Positions 10,114-20,286 of a DNA stretch of 64,000 nt are shown piece after piece; positions within the stretch are counted from its first letter, which is position 1, and each line of letters starts with the position of its first letter. A program made the position numbers and the translations under genes. Below the pieces are notes generated by a model. That model was given only the letters and a program-made list of their open reading frames with translations, did not search any database and had not been told where the DNA came from. This DNA comes from an uncultured Methanosarcinales archaeon (GTDB lineage Archaea > Halobacteriota > Methanosarcinia > Methanotrichales > Methanotrichaceae), in the NCBI GenBank assembly GCA_963843555.1, contig CAWJKV010000014.1, positions 32,001 to 96,000 of the forward strand. Reading direction: 5' to 3'.

Positions 10114-11412
10114 ATGACAGATCCGGCATCAACCCCCTCCGCAGCTAAACAAGCAGCGAAAACCAAGTCGGATGATGTTCCAATCATCGCACTGTGGCAG
10201 ATCCTTCTCATAGCCCTGATTGTGGGGCTCTTTGCGGTGGTATGGCTCGTAGCGTACCAACTGCTAAACAGCTTGGTCTGGGAAAATGAATTTGTGACCG
10301 CCAACCGCTGGACGATCCCGGTGGGAACGATATTTTTCTCCCTGCTCGTCGGACTAGTTGTCAAGTATTTGCATGCTCCCAACCTTATCGAAGGGCGGGG
10401 TGCAGCGGAAGCTCTAGCATCCGGAGACATTTCTGGCTACAAGACTTTTTGGGGTGCACTGCTATCTTCCTTCTTTTCGTTACTATCAGGGGCAAGCGTT
10501 GGTCCTGAAGGTCCCATCGGCTTTCTCGCCGTGGACATTTCCGAATGGCTGGCGCTCAGGCTCAAGCTGCCCAAGGGAGCCTTCCTTTCGTCATGTTTGG
10601 CGGGTTTGAGTTCGGCATATAACGGGATTGTCGGCAATCCGGTCTTTTCCGCCGTCTTTGCGTCCGAGATGAGCGGCGGAAAGGGGGGACTCACCCTACT
10701 GGTAGCGAATCTGGCTGCCGGTGCAGTTGGTTTCCTGATCTTTGCCCTTCTGAAAGTCCCGGCCTTTGCAGGCTTTCTCGCCGTTCCTCATATTAGCACG
10801 ATTGAGCCAATCTGGGTGGCATGGGCGATTGCTCTGGGCGTGCTCGGTGCCCTGCTGGCAGCCTATATCGCCGTTGCCCTTCGTGTCACTGGCAGGATCA
10901 TGGGAGTGTTCAAGGATCGGATCATGCTAAGGATACTGTTTGCGGGAGCAATTATCGGCGGGGTCTGCTACTTCATCCCGGAGCTCATGTTCTCGGGTGA
11001 GTCGTCCATTCACACCATCATTGCAAGCGCAGCAACCTATGGGGTGCCGATGCTTTTGCTCTTTGCAGTTTTGAAACCACCTTTGCTAGCGCTGTCGTTC
11101 AAAGGGGGATATCTGGGCGGCCCAATTTTTCCCTCTCTCTTTACCGCCGCCATGCTCGGTCTAGCCATCAATCAACTTGTGCCAAGCCTGCCGCTAGAAA
11201 TCTGTCTCACCTGTGTTGAGGTTGGCGTGATCACATTGGTCTTAAAAGCGCCTCTGACAAGCATTCTGTTAGTGGCCATCGTAGCGGGTGGGGAAGCAAG
11301 CCTGGATGGGCTCATTGTGGTAGCGAGTGTAACGGCGATAATAGTGGGACAGGCATTTCAAGCGCTGATGATACGACGCGGTTCTGAGGCAGATGCTCCC
11401 GAAGCATCTTGA
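10114..11412 (+). CDS. CLC/EriC-fold anion channel (YfeO-like)
   Basis: GASVGPEGP and GGPIFP motifs, multiple TM helices, no CBS domains. Confidence 0.8.
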   Translation: MTDPASTPSAAKQAAKTKSDDVPIIALWQILLIALIVGLFAVVWLVAYQLLNSLVWENEFVTANRWTIPVGTIFFSLLVGLVVKYLHAPNLIEGRGAAEALASGDISGYKTFWGALLSSFFSLLSGASVGPEGPIGFLAVDISEWLALRLKLPKGAFLSSCLAGLSSAYNGIVGNPVFSAVFASEMSGGKGGLTLLVANLAAGAVGFLIFALLKVPAFAGFLAVPHISTIEPIWVAWAIALGVLGALLAAYIAVALRVTGRIMGVFKDRIMLRILFAGAIIGGVCYFIPELMFSGESSIHTIIASAATYGVPMLLLFAVLKPPLLALSFKGGYLGGPIFPSLFTAAMLGLAINQLVPSLPLEICLTCVEVGVITLVLKAPLTSILLVAIVAGGEASLDGLIVVASVTAIIVGQAFQALMIRRGSEADAPEAS

Positions 11413-11599
11413 AAAATGAGGATCGAAAATCAGGCCTTGGGTTCAACCTTCGATTTTGCTCAGCCATTGCAGATGGGATGGAGCGGAGGCACAAAGAAGA
11501 AGGCCAGCAGTTCTATCATATGCCTATTGGAAGAATGAGCTTGGCAAGTAAGCGGGAGGGAGAAGCGGGAGTCTGAGCTGGCCGAGGCCGTCGCACGGC

Positions 11600-11874
11600 T
11601 TGGCTGAAGGGGCCGGGATTCAGGAGCTCTCGAGACAGCAAAAGCTATCCACGAAGAAGGTCACAACCCATATCCTCAGGCACAGCCATTTGGTGAATGG
11701 GCTCGTAGCGGGCGTGCCTCTGTGCTTGATACAGAAGCATTGGGGCACAAGAGGTTGTCCACGACGGAGATATGCGCCAAAGTGACACTTGCCCTGTTGA
11801 ATGAAGTGTATAAGATGCAGGAGTTGGCGCAGGTGAGGGACAAAACTATGCCAAAAAAAGGAGATGGGTATTAG
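11600..11874 (+). pseudogene. Tyrosine recombinase/integrase C-terminal relic
   Basis: HILRHSH...AGVPL..IQK, then after a frameshift LGHKRLSTTEI-C-AKV; TGC at 11773-11775 where the catalytic Tyr is expected. Confidence 0.75.
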
Positions 11875-11880
11875 CTACTT

Positions 11881-12609
11881 TTACACGCAGGGTAGCCAGT
11901 CAACGCTGATTGCGCCGCATGTGGAGTTGCCCCAGAGCTGGATGAACTTCTCGATGGAGAAGACGCCAGTCAGGTCTTCAACGCTGCGGCCATACTCGGC
12001 ATGGCGGCCCTTGAGCGCGTTGTCAGCCATGGGATCCCTTGAGATCCATCCGATGTGGGCAACACCGATTACGTTGCTGTTGAGGTTAGCCTCGAGAACA
12101 CCTGTGCAGCAGTTCGTCACGCCGTTATTGCCATAGCCCCTGGTCTTGACCTCGGTGGTCTTCTGCAGGTGCTCTGCATGGGTGTACATCTCAGTCAGCA
12201 CAGCGCCGATCCTGTAATTCTGGACGCAGAGTTTCTCGACCCACTTCTGGTCGTAGGTTCCGGTCTGGTAAGATACGGGCATGTACTCGAACTCAGCTTC
12301 CTTGGTGAAGTTGATGTAGTCCATGGGTGCGCCACCGGTTGGGTAAACGCAATTGGCTAGAACATTTCCATCCCTGCCGAGCTGCCTCTCGGCCTCGAGC
12401 TCAGTCCTCTCGGTGATCACGTTACCGGATCCGGACTCTTTCTCTACCAGCTTCTGGCCTGCAAAACCAGTCTGGGTTGAAACGATCATCTCTACATTCT
12501 TGTATCCAACGCCCTTGACCGATGCCTTTTCGTACATATAGTTGGCTGCACCGGCCATGCCTACTACGGCCATGGCGATAATAACCAAAACAGCTATTAG
12601 TTTTCTCAT
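11881..12609 (-). CDS. Secreted beta-rich Cys-containing protein; candidate sheath/cell-envelope structural protein
   Basis: Signal peptide ending AGA-A; alternating polar/hydrophobic strands; C-terminal DWLPCV; strongly C/G-ending codons suggest high expression. The sheath call is inference. Confidence 0.55.
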   Translation of the reverse strand: MRKLIAVLVIIAMAVVGMAGAANYMYEKASVKGVGYKNVEMIVSTQTGFAGQKLVEKESGSGNVITERTELEAERQLGRDGNVLANCVYPTGGAPMDYINFTKEAEFEYMPVSYQTGTYDQKWVEKLCVQNYRIGAVLTEMYTHAEHLQKTTEVKTRGYGNNGVTNCCTGVLEANLNSNVIGVAHIGWISRDPMADNALKGRHAEYGRSVEDLTGVFSIEKFIQLWGNSTCGAISVDWLPCV

Positions 12610-12711
12610 TTATTTCCCACCACTCCTTTACAGGAGGATCGAAGAGCTGCTCTTTGACAGCAACGAATGATCCCTCAGTGCATCACCCCGATAGGACAGC
12701 CGAATCCGAAT

Positions 12712-13330
12712 TTAAGATGCGGGACCGTTCCACCAGATGAGATGGAACTCTTGCTCGACATTGTTTAACGCATCTGAATGCGTCAATGTCACCCTGTCCA
12801 GCGTGAGGCGCCTGATCCTGTAATTCCAATTAACCTTTGCGTGTGTCTTCCAGGCACACGCGTCTTGAATTCGGTTACTCACATATAAGCCTGTCGAGCA
12901 TGAAAAGGATGCGGAGTCCTGAAATTTATTTTGCATCCTTCCTAAACGTATGGTGTTTGAATTCATGTAATTCTCACAACCCTTACGACAATGACCCATT
13001 GCGAAATAAGCTTCCAGAAGCATTTTCCTCCGAAAGCCTCCTCTGGGTCGTGAATAAATTACGGTTGGTGTTACTCTATTGCAGAATCAGGATCAGTAGA
13101 TACTGATTTTCTCAGGATAGCACTTGGTGGGGCACGTTCATGGAATCACTATCTGTAAACGAGTTAAAGAAACTCCAACCTCACATTCGATTACTGCCCG
13201 CCTATGGGATCTACAGGTTTTGAATCTAAAAGAGAGGAATATATAATCCCATCTCAAATAAAACAAACCATGACGCAACTCCAGGCATTTTCTACCGGAT
13301 CCGGACTTGATATTGCTGCAAGTTCAGTCT
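12712..13330 (-). pseudogene. Probable decayed paralogue of the 11881-12609 gene
   Basis: W....KVNWNYRI...TLTHSDAL vs W.EKLCVQNYRI...MYTHAEHL; shared DNA GATCCTGTAATTC; SGSG fragment near 13300. Confidence 0.4.
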
Positions 13331-14284
13331 ATTTACACAGCACAGCGCAGTTGCGCCTCAATTTTATGGAAATATACTACGCCATCCTAAGATAATCTGG
13401 GACATTTTGCCGAGTGGATAATGGGGTATGGGGCCTGGCCAATCTTCAAATTGGCTAATTGCCTCCCCTCTTTTCGACCAGTATTCTTTGAGAAATGAAA
13501 GGAATCTTATGAGAAGCATTTGATGAGGACGTAGGAGGCAAAAGTCAGTGATATAGGTGGGAAAGAAATGAGATTCGACTTTTGCCAAGTACCATATACG
13601 ACAATTGCCGAAATATAAGGGTTTTGGTCCTTCCTAGTACAGCATGGCTGAAATAGGCCGACTTATGGAGGCAAGATTTGGCTAGAGATTCCAGTAAACA
13701 GATAGAATTAATGTGCATCGGCAATACATCCCTTATGACATCTTTATATATATAATAATTTCTTAAACCCTATGCAGAAGGCAATTATGCCAAGTCGGAA
13801 ACTCCATTTGACGGATTATCTGCGCTAACGCATTGAGTTGCTTGTACGACGGTGAGGTCCAGGTTTTTGAACTATGGCTTTGGAAAACCTAGGGATACTT
13901 CTCGACTACTCCGGTGGAATCGAGGAAAATATCGGACGAATTGTGGCTGCTATATAGACAAACATTGAAGCCGGCACGCAGGCCAAGGCTTCCTGTGGGC
14001 CACGATAGACGGCAGCCAGGCAGTTGTATACTACTCGATGATGTTTACGGAGGCGAGATCTGGGGTCAGCCTAGGAATTATGTAGCGGCAGAAGGTATCT
14101 TCTCTCTGACGTATCTCGATATGGCAGGCCTAATGCAACTCACTGAAATGGACAGTGAGGCCATCTCGGAGTTATACATAGATATTTTCTGAGATCTAAT
14201 TTGAGAATGGTACTGCGCCCCAAGATCTTATTATCGTCTTATAGCGATAAGTTTATATCAGAATGGGTTTAGCATGCCTATATC

Positions 14285-14647
14285 ATGACCCAAAAATCTG
14301 TCTCGGATCTACGAGTCAAGATCCTTGATGCACTTTCAGACCCCACAAGGCTGGAGCTGTTGGAATATCTCTCCCAGGGAGAGCGTTGCGTCTGCGAGAT
14401 CATCCCTGCCTTTCAGAGATCCCAATCCACCATATCCAAACATCTGAACATCCTCCACGAAGCAGATATCCTAGATCGTAAGCTGGAGGGCAAGAGGACA
14501 GTTTACAGAATAAAAGATCCTCAAGTATTTGATCTGATCAGAATGGTGGACAGTATGGCTCTGAGGCAGATATCTCAGCTTAATGAAGCCGGAAAGATTC
14601 TGGAAAAATCCCTCAGCAATACTCAATTCTCGGCGCAACTTCAATAG
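14285..14647 (+). CDS. arsR: ArsR/SmtB family repressor
   Basis: ALSDPTRL, ERCVCEI, SQSTISKHL; TTTATA box about 30 nt upstream. Confidence 0.9.
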   Translation: MTQKSVSDLRVKILDALSDPTRLELLEYLSQGERCVCEIIPAFQRSQSTISKHLNILHEADILDRKLEGKRTVYRIKDPQVFDLIRMVDSMALRQISQLNEAGKILEKSLSNTQFSAQLQ

Positions 14648-14660
14648 GTGTTGATCTCAA

Positions 14661-15743
14661 ATGGATACATACACGATTATGGCGGCTCTGCAAGCAGGCT
14701 TCGCAACATTGCTGGAATATCTATCGGCACACGTTTTGACCTGCCTGATTCCCGCATTCTTCATAGCCGGCGCCATTTCCACACTCCTGCATAAGGAGAC
14801 AGTGCTTAAATATTTCGGAGCTGACGCGCCCAAATGGCTTTGCTACAGCGTGGCTGCCACTTCAGGAACGGTCCTGGCTGTATGCAGCTGCACCATCCTG
14901 CCCATGTTTGCAGGAATAGAAAAGAGAGGCGCAGGAATCGGCCCAGCCACGGCCTTTCTCTTCTCGGGTCCAGCCATCAACATCATGGCCATAATACTCA
15001 CGGCGCGGGTCTTGGGCCTGGATCTGGGAGTAGCCAGAGCGGTAGCGGCGGTCACCATGGCGGTCGTCATCGGCCTCATCATGGCTGCCATATTCCAGAA
15101 ATCTGAAAAAAAATGTGAATCTAAACCCGCTGCAACCGCCCAGATAGATTCCGACTCTGAGTCGAAGAGCCGTCCCGGCTATATCACAGGCTTATTCATG
15201 GCCATCCTGGTGGCCATATTGCTCGTGGCCACCTCCAGCTTCTTCGCATTATTGCCTAAATCGATAATCGTAGGAGCACTGGTATTATCAGCCGTTTTCC
15301 TGATGAAGACCTACTACCTGCCCGAAGAGAGAGATGAGTTCCTATCCGAGACCTGGTGGCTGACCAAGAAGATCTTTCCCCTGCTGGTAGTGGGCACATT
15401 CCTCACCGGCGTTATCGGTTACTTCATGCCCATGGAATGGATTCGCGCCGTCTTTGGCACCAGCAGCTTTTCGGCCTGCTTTTTGGCCTCGGTCATAGGC
15501 GCTCTGCTCTACATGCCCACGCTGCTGGAGGTCCCTATTGTGGGAACTCTCTTCGGCTACAGCACCGGCGATACCGCCGCCGGCCCCGCGCTATCGCTCT
15601 TGCTTGCCGGACCGTCTTTGAGCCTGCCAAGTATGATAGTGATCACAAGGGTAATTGGTCTGAAGAAAGGAGGCGTATACATAGTTCTGGTTGTCATAAT
15701 GTCGACCCTGGCCGGCATGATATATGGAGCAATTGTTTCATAA
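14661..15743 (+). CDS. arsP: ArsP/DUF318 permease
   Basis: AVCSCTILPMF, FLFSGPAIN, YMPTLLEVP, LLAGPSLSLP. Confidence 0.85.
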   Translation: MDTYTIMAALQAGFATLLEYLSAHVLTCLIPAFFIAGAISTLLHKETVLKYFGADAPKWLCYSVAATSGTVLAVCSCTILPMFAGIEKRGAGIGPATAFLFSGPAINIMAIILTARVLGLDLGVARAVAAVTMAVVIGLIMAAIFQKSEKKCESKPAATAQIDSDSESKSRPGYITGLFMAILVAILLVATSSFFALLPKSIIVGALVLSAVFLMKTYYLPEERDEFLSETWWLTKKIFPLLVVGTFLTGVIGYFMPMEWIRAVFGTSSFSACFLASVIGALLYMPTLLEVPIVGTLFGYSTGDTAAGPALSLLLAGPSLSLPSMIVITRVIGLKKGGVYIVLVVIMSTLAGMIYGAIVS

Positions 15744-16104
15744 TTAATAGTAGGGGTCAGAGGAAAATGAAGAACATTTGGAGAGGAAGTGTTGCGGGTT
15801 GCATCCGAAAACGGGCAGCAGGTGAAAATAGCATCTCTCTATTTTGCTGGCATGACCACTCTGCCACTGCAGATCAGCTCCGCCGGCTTGAAGGTGTATC
15901 CAAAGAGGTTGAGCAGCCGTCAAGGTGAGCATCCATCTCTACAACCAGGCTGCAATGGATACAATCACCTGGGAGGATCAGCCTGAGTATAATCCGGAGG
16001 CCTTGAGAACCTTGAATATCCAGAGCCGGGCTGGCAGACCTGGGACGCAACAGCCTTCGTGAAAAAGGCGGCAGTGGAATGCAGCGAGGCTGTCCTTTCT
16101 CCAT

Positions 16105-16278
16105 GGTATTGGTGTCAGAGGACTGATTTACCTGATGATTTATAACCTGGGCATAGTGCTTCCCGTGCTGCTCTTAGGAGTCGCCAAGGCTCTTGGCATG
16201 AGCCCAGTGAAGGTGGATAATTTCCGGAACCGTCACAATGATTTAGGCGAAAGGAATGGGCTCAAGTTTATCCGGTAA
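16105..16278 (+). pseudogene. Fragment of a CcdA-like membrane protein C-terminus
   Basis: Frame reads GLIYLMIYNLGIVLPVLLLGVAKALGMSPVKVDNFR with no start; upstream 15770-16100 looks like further debris. Confidence 0.45.
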
Positions 16279-16322
16279 ATGGATATTGAGAATCGGAAAA
16301 TCAAACTCGTGAGGTGGATTAA

Positions 16323-16559
16323 ATGGTGAAGATCGAAGTATTGGGAACAGGCTGTGCCAAGTGCAAGAGCCTATTGAAGAACGTGGAGAAGGCGGTCTCG
16401 GAGTCTGGCATTCAGGCGGAGATCATCAAAGTGGATAGCATCCAGGAGATCATGGATCGGGGTGTGATGATGACCCCCGCGCTCTTTATCGACGGCGAGT
16501 CCAAAATGGTTGGAAAGACCGGCAGTGTGGAAGAGATAAAGAAGATGCTCAAGAAATGA
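16323..16559 (+). CDS. Small redox-active disulfide protein (thioredoxin-like, ars-associated)
   Basis: IEVLGTGCAKC, GVMMTPAL; GAGGTGG RBS. Confidence 0.9.
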   Translation: MVKIEVLGTGCAKCKSLLKNVEKAVSESGIQAEIIKVDSIQEIMDRGVMMTPALFIDGESKMVGKTGSVEEIKKMLKK

Positions 16560-16571
16560 GGGATTAATATC

Positions 16572-16952
16572 ATGGAAGAGAAAAAGAAATGCCTGTGCAG
16601 TTCCTCGGATGTACGTGTCGTAGCCTGCTCCGGAGCCTCAAATGTGGGACAGATCGCAAACCAGGCGGCAATCGAGCTGGCCAGAGAAAATGTGGCAGGA
16701 TTCTTCTGTCTGGCGGGAGTAGGAGCCCATATTAAAGGAATGGTCAAATCCGGGAAAGAAGCTGATCTGATGGTGGCCATAGACGGATGTCCTGTGCAGT
16801 GTGCTGCCAAGACTTTGCAGCATGCCGAAATCGAGCCTGCGATACAGGTAATTGTAACGGAACTTGGAATTGAGAAGTCTCATGATATCGCAATTGATGA
16901 AAAGGCCTGCTCTAAAGTTGTAGCAAAGGTAAAGGAAGAGCTGGCTGCCTAA
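16572..16952 (+). CDS. DGC-domain putative zinc-binding protein
   Basis: ACSGASNVGQ, FCLAGVG, AIDGCPVQC. Confidence 0.9.
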   Translation: MEEKKKCLCSSSDVRVVACSGASNVGQIANQAAIELARENVAGFFCLAGVGAHIKGMVKSGKEADLMVAIDGCPVQCAAKTLQHAEIEPAIQVIVTELGIEKSHDIAIDEKACSKVVAKVKEELAA

Positions 16953-16969
16953 AATATTGGTGGAAAGAA

Positions 16970-18073
16970 ATGAGTTTATTGAAATCAAAGCTGATGCTGA
17001 TTTGCATAATCTTCGGGATCCTATTGGCGGTCATAGCCCTTACACAGAACGCATATGCAGGAGCGGAATGTGCATCCTTGGGCGGTGGTTGCGACGACGG
17101 CGGCGACTGGAACCCCATGTCCAAGCTGGACGAGATTGGAAAGCCAACCACCAACAGTCAGGAGCAGACTGCGGCCAAGTGGCCGGAGAAGTCGAGGCAG
17201 ATGAGATGGAACATGAATGCTTCCACCCAGGAGGATGAAAAGAACACGGCTTCGGAGACTCCTGAGAAGGCTGAAGCGCCTGCTCAGAAGGCCATACCTG
17301 TAAAGGTTGCAGAGGATCCTGCAAGGATAGTACGCAGCCCTGAGGCAAAAACGATTCTCGCTCCACTGGACACGGTCACGGATGGTGATATTCTGTTGGA
17401 CGTGAGCGAAAACTCCAGCACGCATATTGCTGGGTCAGTGGTCATACCTTACATGGAGTTTGACGTGCAAGCTGGAGTTTTGAAACCCGCGCCTGAAATC
17501 TCCAAGATTCTGGGAGACGCCGGAATCTCTCGTGATGATTCCGTCGTAATCTACGGAGAATGCCTGCCCTGCGGAGGAGGTCCGTCTGTAGCGACTTACA
17601 TCTACTGGATGATGAAGAGTCTGGGTCATGAGACGGTGAAGGTTTTAGACGGGACGGCCGAAGACTGGGAGGCAATGGGACGGGACACCACGAAAGACGC
17701 CCAGATACTACCCAGCAAAATCTACAATCCCGTAGAAACAGCAAATTACACTGCAACCTATGAGTTCGTAAAGAGCGGCCAGGCGCAGATCGTGGACGCC
17801 AGGACTTTGCAGGAGTTTGGGTCCGGAAGCATACCGGGATCGATCAGCATACCCTATACCAGCGTGCTGAATGGGAAAAAGATCAAAGGCGAGGACCAGC
17901 TGAATAAGGTTTTTATGATTCTGGACAAAGACCAGCCGGTAGTTGTCTTCACCAACACGGGTATGAAAGCCTCTGTGGTCTGGTTCGCCCTGGAGATGAT
18001 GGGTTATGATGCCAGGCTCTACAATTACCAGGATTGGACGGTAAATCAGCCTTCTAAAGGCTATTTGGGATAG
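16970..18073 (+). CDS. Secreted tandem rhodanese-fold protein with CLPC loop
   Basis: Signal peptide; LGDAGISRDDSVVIYGECLPCGGGPS; VKVLDG; IVDART..EF..GSIPGS; C-domain loop VVFTNTGMKAS has no Cys. Confidence 0.85.
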   Translation: MSLLKSKLMLICIIFGILLAVIALTQNAYAGAECASLGGGCDDGGDWNPMSKLDEIGKPTTNSQEQTAAKWPEKSRQMRWNMNASTQEDEKNTASETPEKAEAPAQKAIPVKVAEDPARIVRSPEAKTILAPLDTVTDGDILLDVSENSSTHIAGSVVIPYMEFDVQAGVLKPAPEISKILGDAGISRDDSVVIYGECLPCGGGPSVATYIYWMMKSLGHETVKVLDGTAEDWEAMGRDTTKDAQILPSKIYNPVETANYTATYEFVKSGQAQIVDARTLQEFGSGSIPGSISIPYTSVLNGKKIKGEDQLNKVFMILDKDQPVVVFTNTGMKASVVWFALEMMGYDARLYNYQDWTVNQPSKGYLG

Positions 18074-18085
18074 TGTGGTGAAAGA

Positions 18086-19642
18086 ATGATATTAATCAAA
18101 TCAAATTCGTGTAGAGCGGAACCAGCGGAACGCAAGGGCTTCTCTGCAATAGCTAGTACGGTGCTCATTTACGGGGTCATTTCCATCCTTATGCATGGCC
18201 TGGTCTTGAGTGCGCCTGTCTTGGCAGGCACGGAAACGGGCGAGTTCTGCCCCACCTGCCCTGACTGGAGCGACATGGATGGCTGGCTGGCGAAGAAGGC
18301 GGCATATGATCAAGAACAACAGAACGTTAAGCTCAATGTCCAGCAGATCCTACCTGAGACTCAGAATGCAGATCCGGCTCCCGTTCAGAATACCAATGCA
18401 TCCGTCCAGAGAGACTATTCTCCAGCTCGGACATCCAGGTTTGCCGAGGCGCTCGTATCTCCGACAGAGGTCTCGCCTGAAGACGTTGTGCTGGACATCA
18501 GCCCCAGCGCTACAAAATACATAGACGGTGCTGTGAATGTCAACTACGAGGGCTTTATGGGCGAAGGCGGTCAGCTCAAGCCCATCTCAGAAATTGCCTC
18601 GTTGCTTGGCGATGCAGGCATATCCCGCAACGACTCTCTGGTGATTGCAGGCGAGTGTCTTCCCTGTGGTGGCGGTCCATCCCCGGCAGTCTTCACCTAT
18701 TGGCTGCTGAAGTACTTGGGGCATGAAAAAGTAAGAGTTCTGGACGGCAGCATCGAGGACTGGACGGCGGCCGGGCTAAATACCAGCAATAAGTCTGCCA
18801 CAAGGCCGAAGACGAACTACACTCTCCTGCTTATGCCGGAGCTTCTTGCTACCTTTGACTATGTCGTTAACGGCGGGGCCCAAATCGTGGACGCCAGGCC
18901 TGCCGTAGACTTCGGCATGGGTTCTATTCCCGGAGCCGTAAACATTCCCTATGAGAATGTGATCGAGAATGAGAGAATAAAGCCCGAAGAGGATCTGCAG
19001 AGGGCTTTCATAGAGCTGGAGAAGGACCGGCCTGTCGTGGTTTATACCAATGTAGGCGTTGAGGCCTCACTGGTATGGTTTGCTTTGACCCTATCTGGCT
19101 ACGATGCCAGGCTATACTCCTGGCGTGACTGGACTGAAAATCTGCCCAAGTTCGGATTCGAGCTGGAGAATGTTGAGGCCCAGCCCAACCCAGTTCAGTC
19201 CGGCTCGACTACGACTATAACGGCATCTTTCCAGGAGTCGCAGACTAATGCTACAGAGAATTCATCGCAAAACGGCGAGACCAAGCTCACGATTAAGGGA
19301 TGCTCTACCTGCGGATTTGAGGGTTTCGCTCTCGGCACCTCAGGCGCCTCCGGGGCCTCCGGGAATAATTCTGGGATAGTCCAACTTGGTTCATCCGGCA
19401 AGACATCGCAGGCAGGCGGGGTGCAGGCTGTCGATAGCGCCTTGCGCTGCACCGCCATAATTAACAGCCCTGACGGCACCGAGGTAGCAAGGACGAGCCT
19501 GCTGCGCACCTCCGCATACCAATATATGGGGATCTGGAATGCCAATGTGGCACCCGGGATTTACAAAGTGAGTATATCGGCCACAGCCTCTGGCAGCGCA
19601 AAGACCTTTGCAGATGTCCTGGAGATAGAGGTAACCCTTTAG
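18086..19642 (+). CDS. Secreted tandem rhodanese-fold protein with CLPC loop and C-terminal Ig-like domain
   Basis: N-terminal TM/signal; CPTC; GECLPCGGGPS; loop VVYTNVGVEAS; C-terminal CSTC and YMGIWNA..APGIYKV. Confidence 0.85.
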   Translation: MILIKSNSCRAEPAERKGFSAIASTVLIYGVISILMHGLVLSAPVLAGTETGEFCPTCPDWSDMDGWLAKKAAYDQEQQNVKLNVQQILPETQNADPAPVQNTNASVQRDYSPARTSRFAEALVSPTEVSPEDVVLDISPSATKYIDGAVNVNYEGFMGEGGQLKPISEIASLLGDAGISRNDSLVIAGECLPCGGGPSPAVFTYWLLKYLGHEKVRVLDGSIEDWTAAGLNTSNKSATRPKTNYTLLLMPELLATFDYVVNGGAQIVDARPAVDFGMGSIPGAVNIPYENVIENERIKPEEDLQRAFIELEKDRPVVVYTNVGVEASLVWFALTLSGYDARLYSWRDWTENLPKFGFELENVEAQPNPVQSGSTTTITASFQESQTNATENSSQNGETKLTIKGCSTCGFEGFALGTSGASGASGNNSGIVQLGSSGKTSQAGGVQAVDSALRCTAIINSPDGTEVARTSLLRTSAYQYMGIWNANVAPGIYKVSISATASGSAKTFADVLEIEVTL

Positions 19643-19827
19643 GGCCAGGATGGCTGGCCGGTCTTTATTTATTGCATCAAAGCTTGCCTTTCTCCACCGT
19701 ACAGACCACCGCTCCCTAGCCGCAGTTTTTCTGAATCCTTCATCTCTGATTATTTAAGATTCTCTGAAAATCAGAAAATCTCTTTTATTCCTACTCCATG
19801 CCATCGACCCAGCCAAAGCAATATTTC

Positions 19828-19847
19828 ATATCGATAAAAATTGATGC
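19828..19847. promoter_or_regulatory. Imperfect ATATC-N10-GATAT operator
   Basis: ATATC gataaaaatt GATGC. Confidence 0.45.
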
Positions 19848-19943
19848 GTAATTCTCAAAACAAATACGATTTTGGATTCTAAAATCAATTTAATGCGACG
19901 CACATCAAATCCTGGCAGAATTCAGATAAAGCGCAAGCATTAT

Positions 19944-19963
19944 ATATCGGCAAAGATTGATAT
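19944..19963. promoter_or_regulatory. ATATC-N10-GATAT operator overlapping a TATA box
   Basis: ttatATATC ggcaaagatt GATAT, 14 nt before ATG 19978. Confidence 0.65.
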
Positions 19964-19977
19964 GATCTGCGATTATC

Positions 19978-20271
19978 ATGGGACTGAAAGATAAGATCTT
20001 CGGAGATAAGGCCAGCAGCGGTTGCTGCTGCGGCACGCGCATCGTCGGCCTGAGGCAGATCAACGTCGGGGGACGCAACACGGGAATTATGGGAATGGAC
20101 GAGACCTTCCAGGAATACTTTAAAAAGGGAAAGAAGCCCGAGGATTCTACCGGAGATGAGATGGTCGAGGATTTAAAGAAGCTCAATTTCATCGCCGAGG
20201 ATGCTGAGAAGATGTATAAAGAGGCTTTTTTGAGAGAGTATCAAAGGTTCTACGAATCCAGGAAGAAATGA
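19978..20271 (+). CDS. Small hypothetical protein with N-terminal CCC
   Basis: SSGCCCGT; first gene of an arsR-permease operon. Confidence 0.75.
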   Translation: MGLKDKIFGDKASSGCCCGTRIVGLRQINVGGRNTGIMGMDETFQEYFKKGKKPEDSTGDEMVEDLKKLNFIAEDAEKMYKEAFLREYQRFYESRKK

Positions 20272-20286
20272 ACTCCGCAGAAGGGA

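Noticed and set aside
13914..14192. Possible IS5-like transposase N-terminal relic (ISDELW...RPR)
   Set aside because: Similarity is too short; no terminal inverted repeats or DDE region found.
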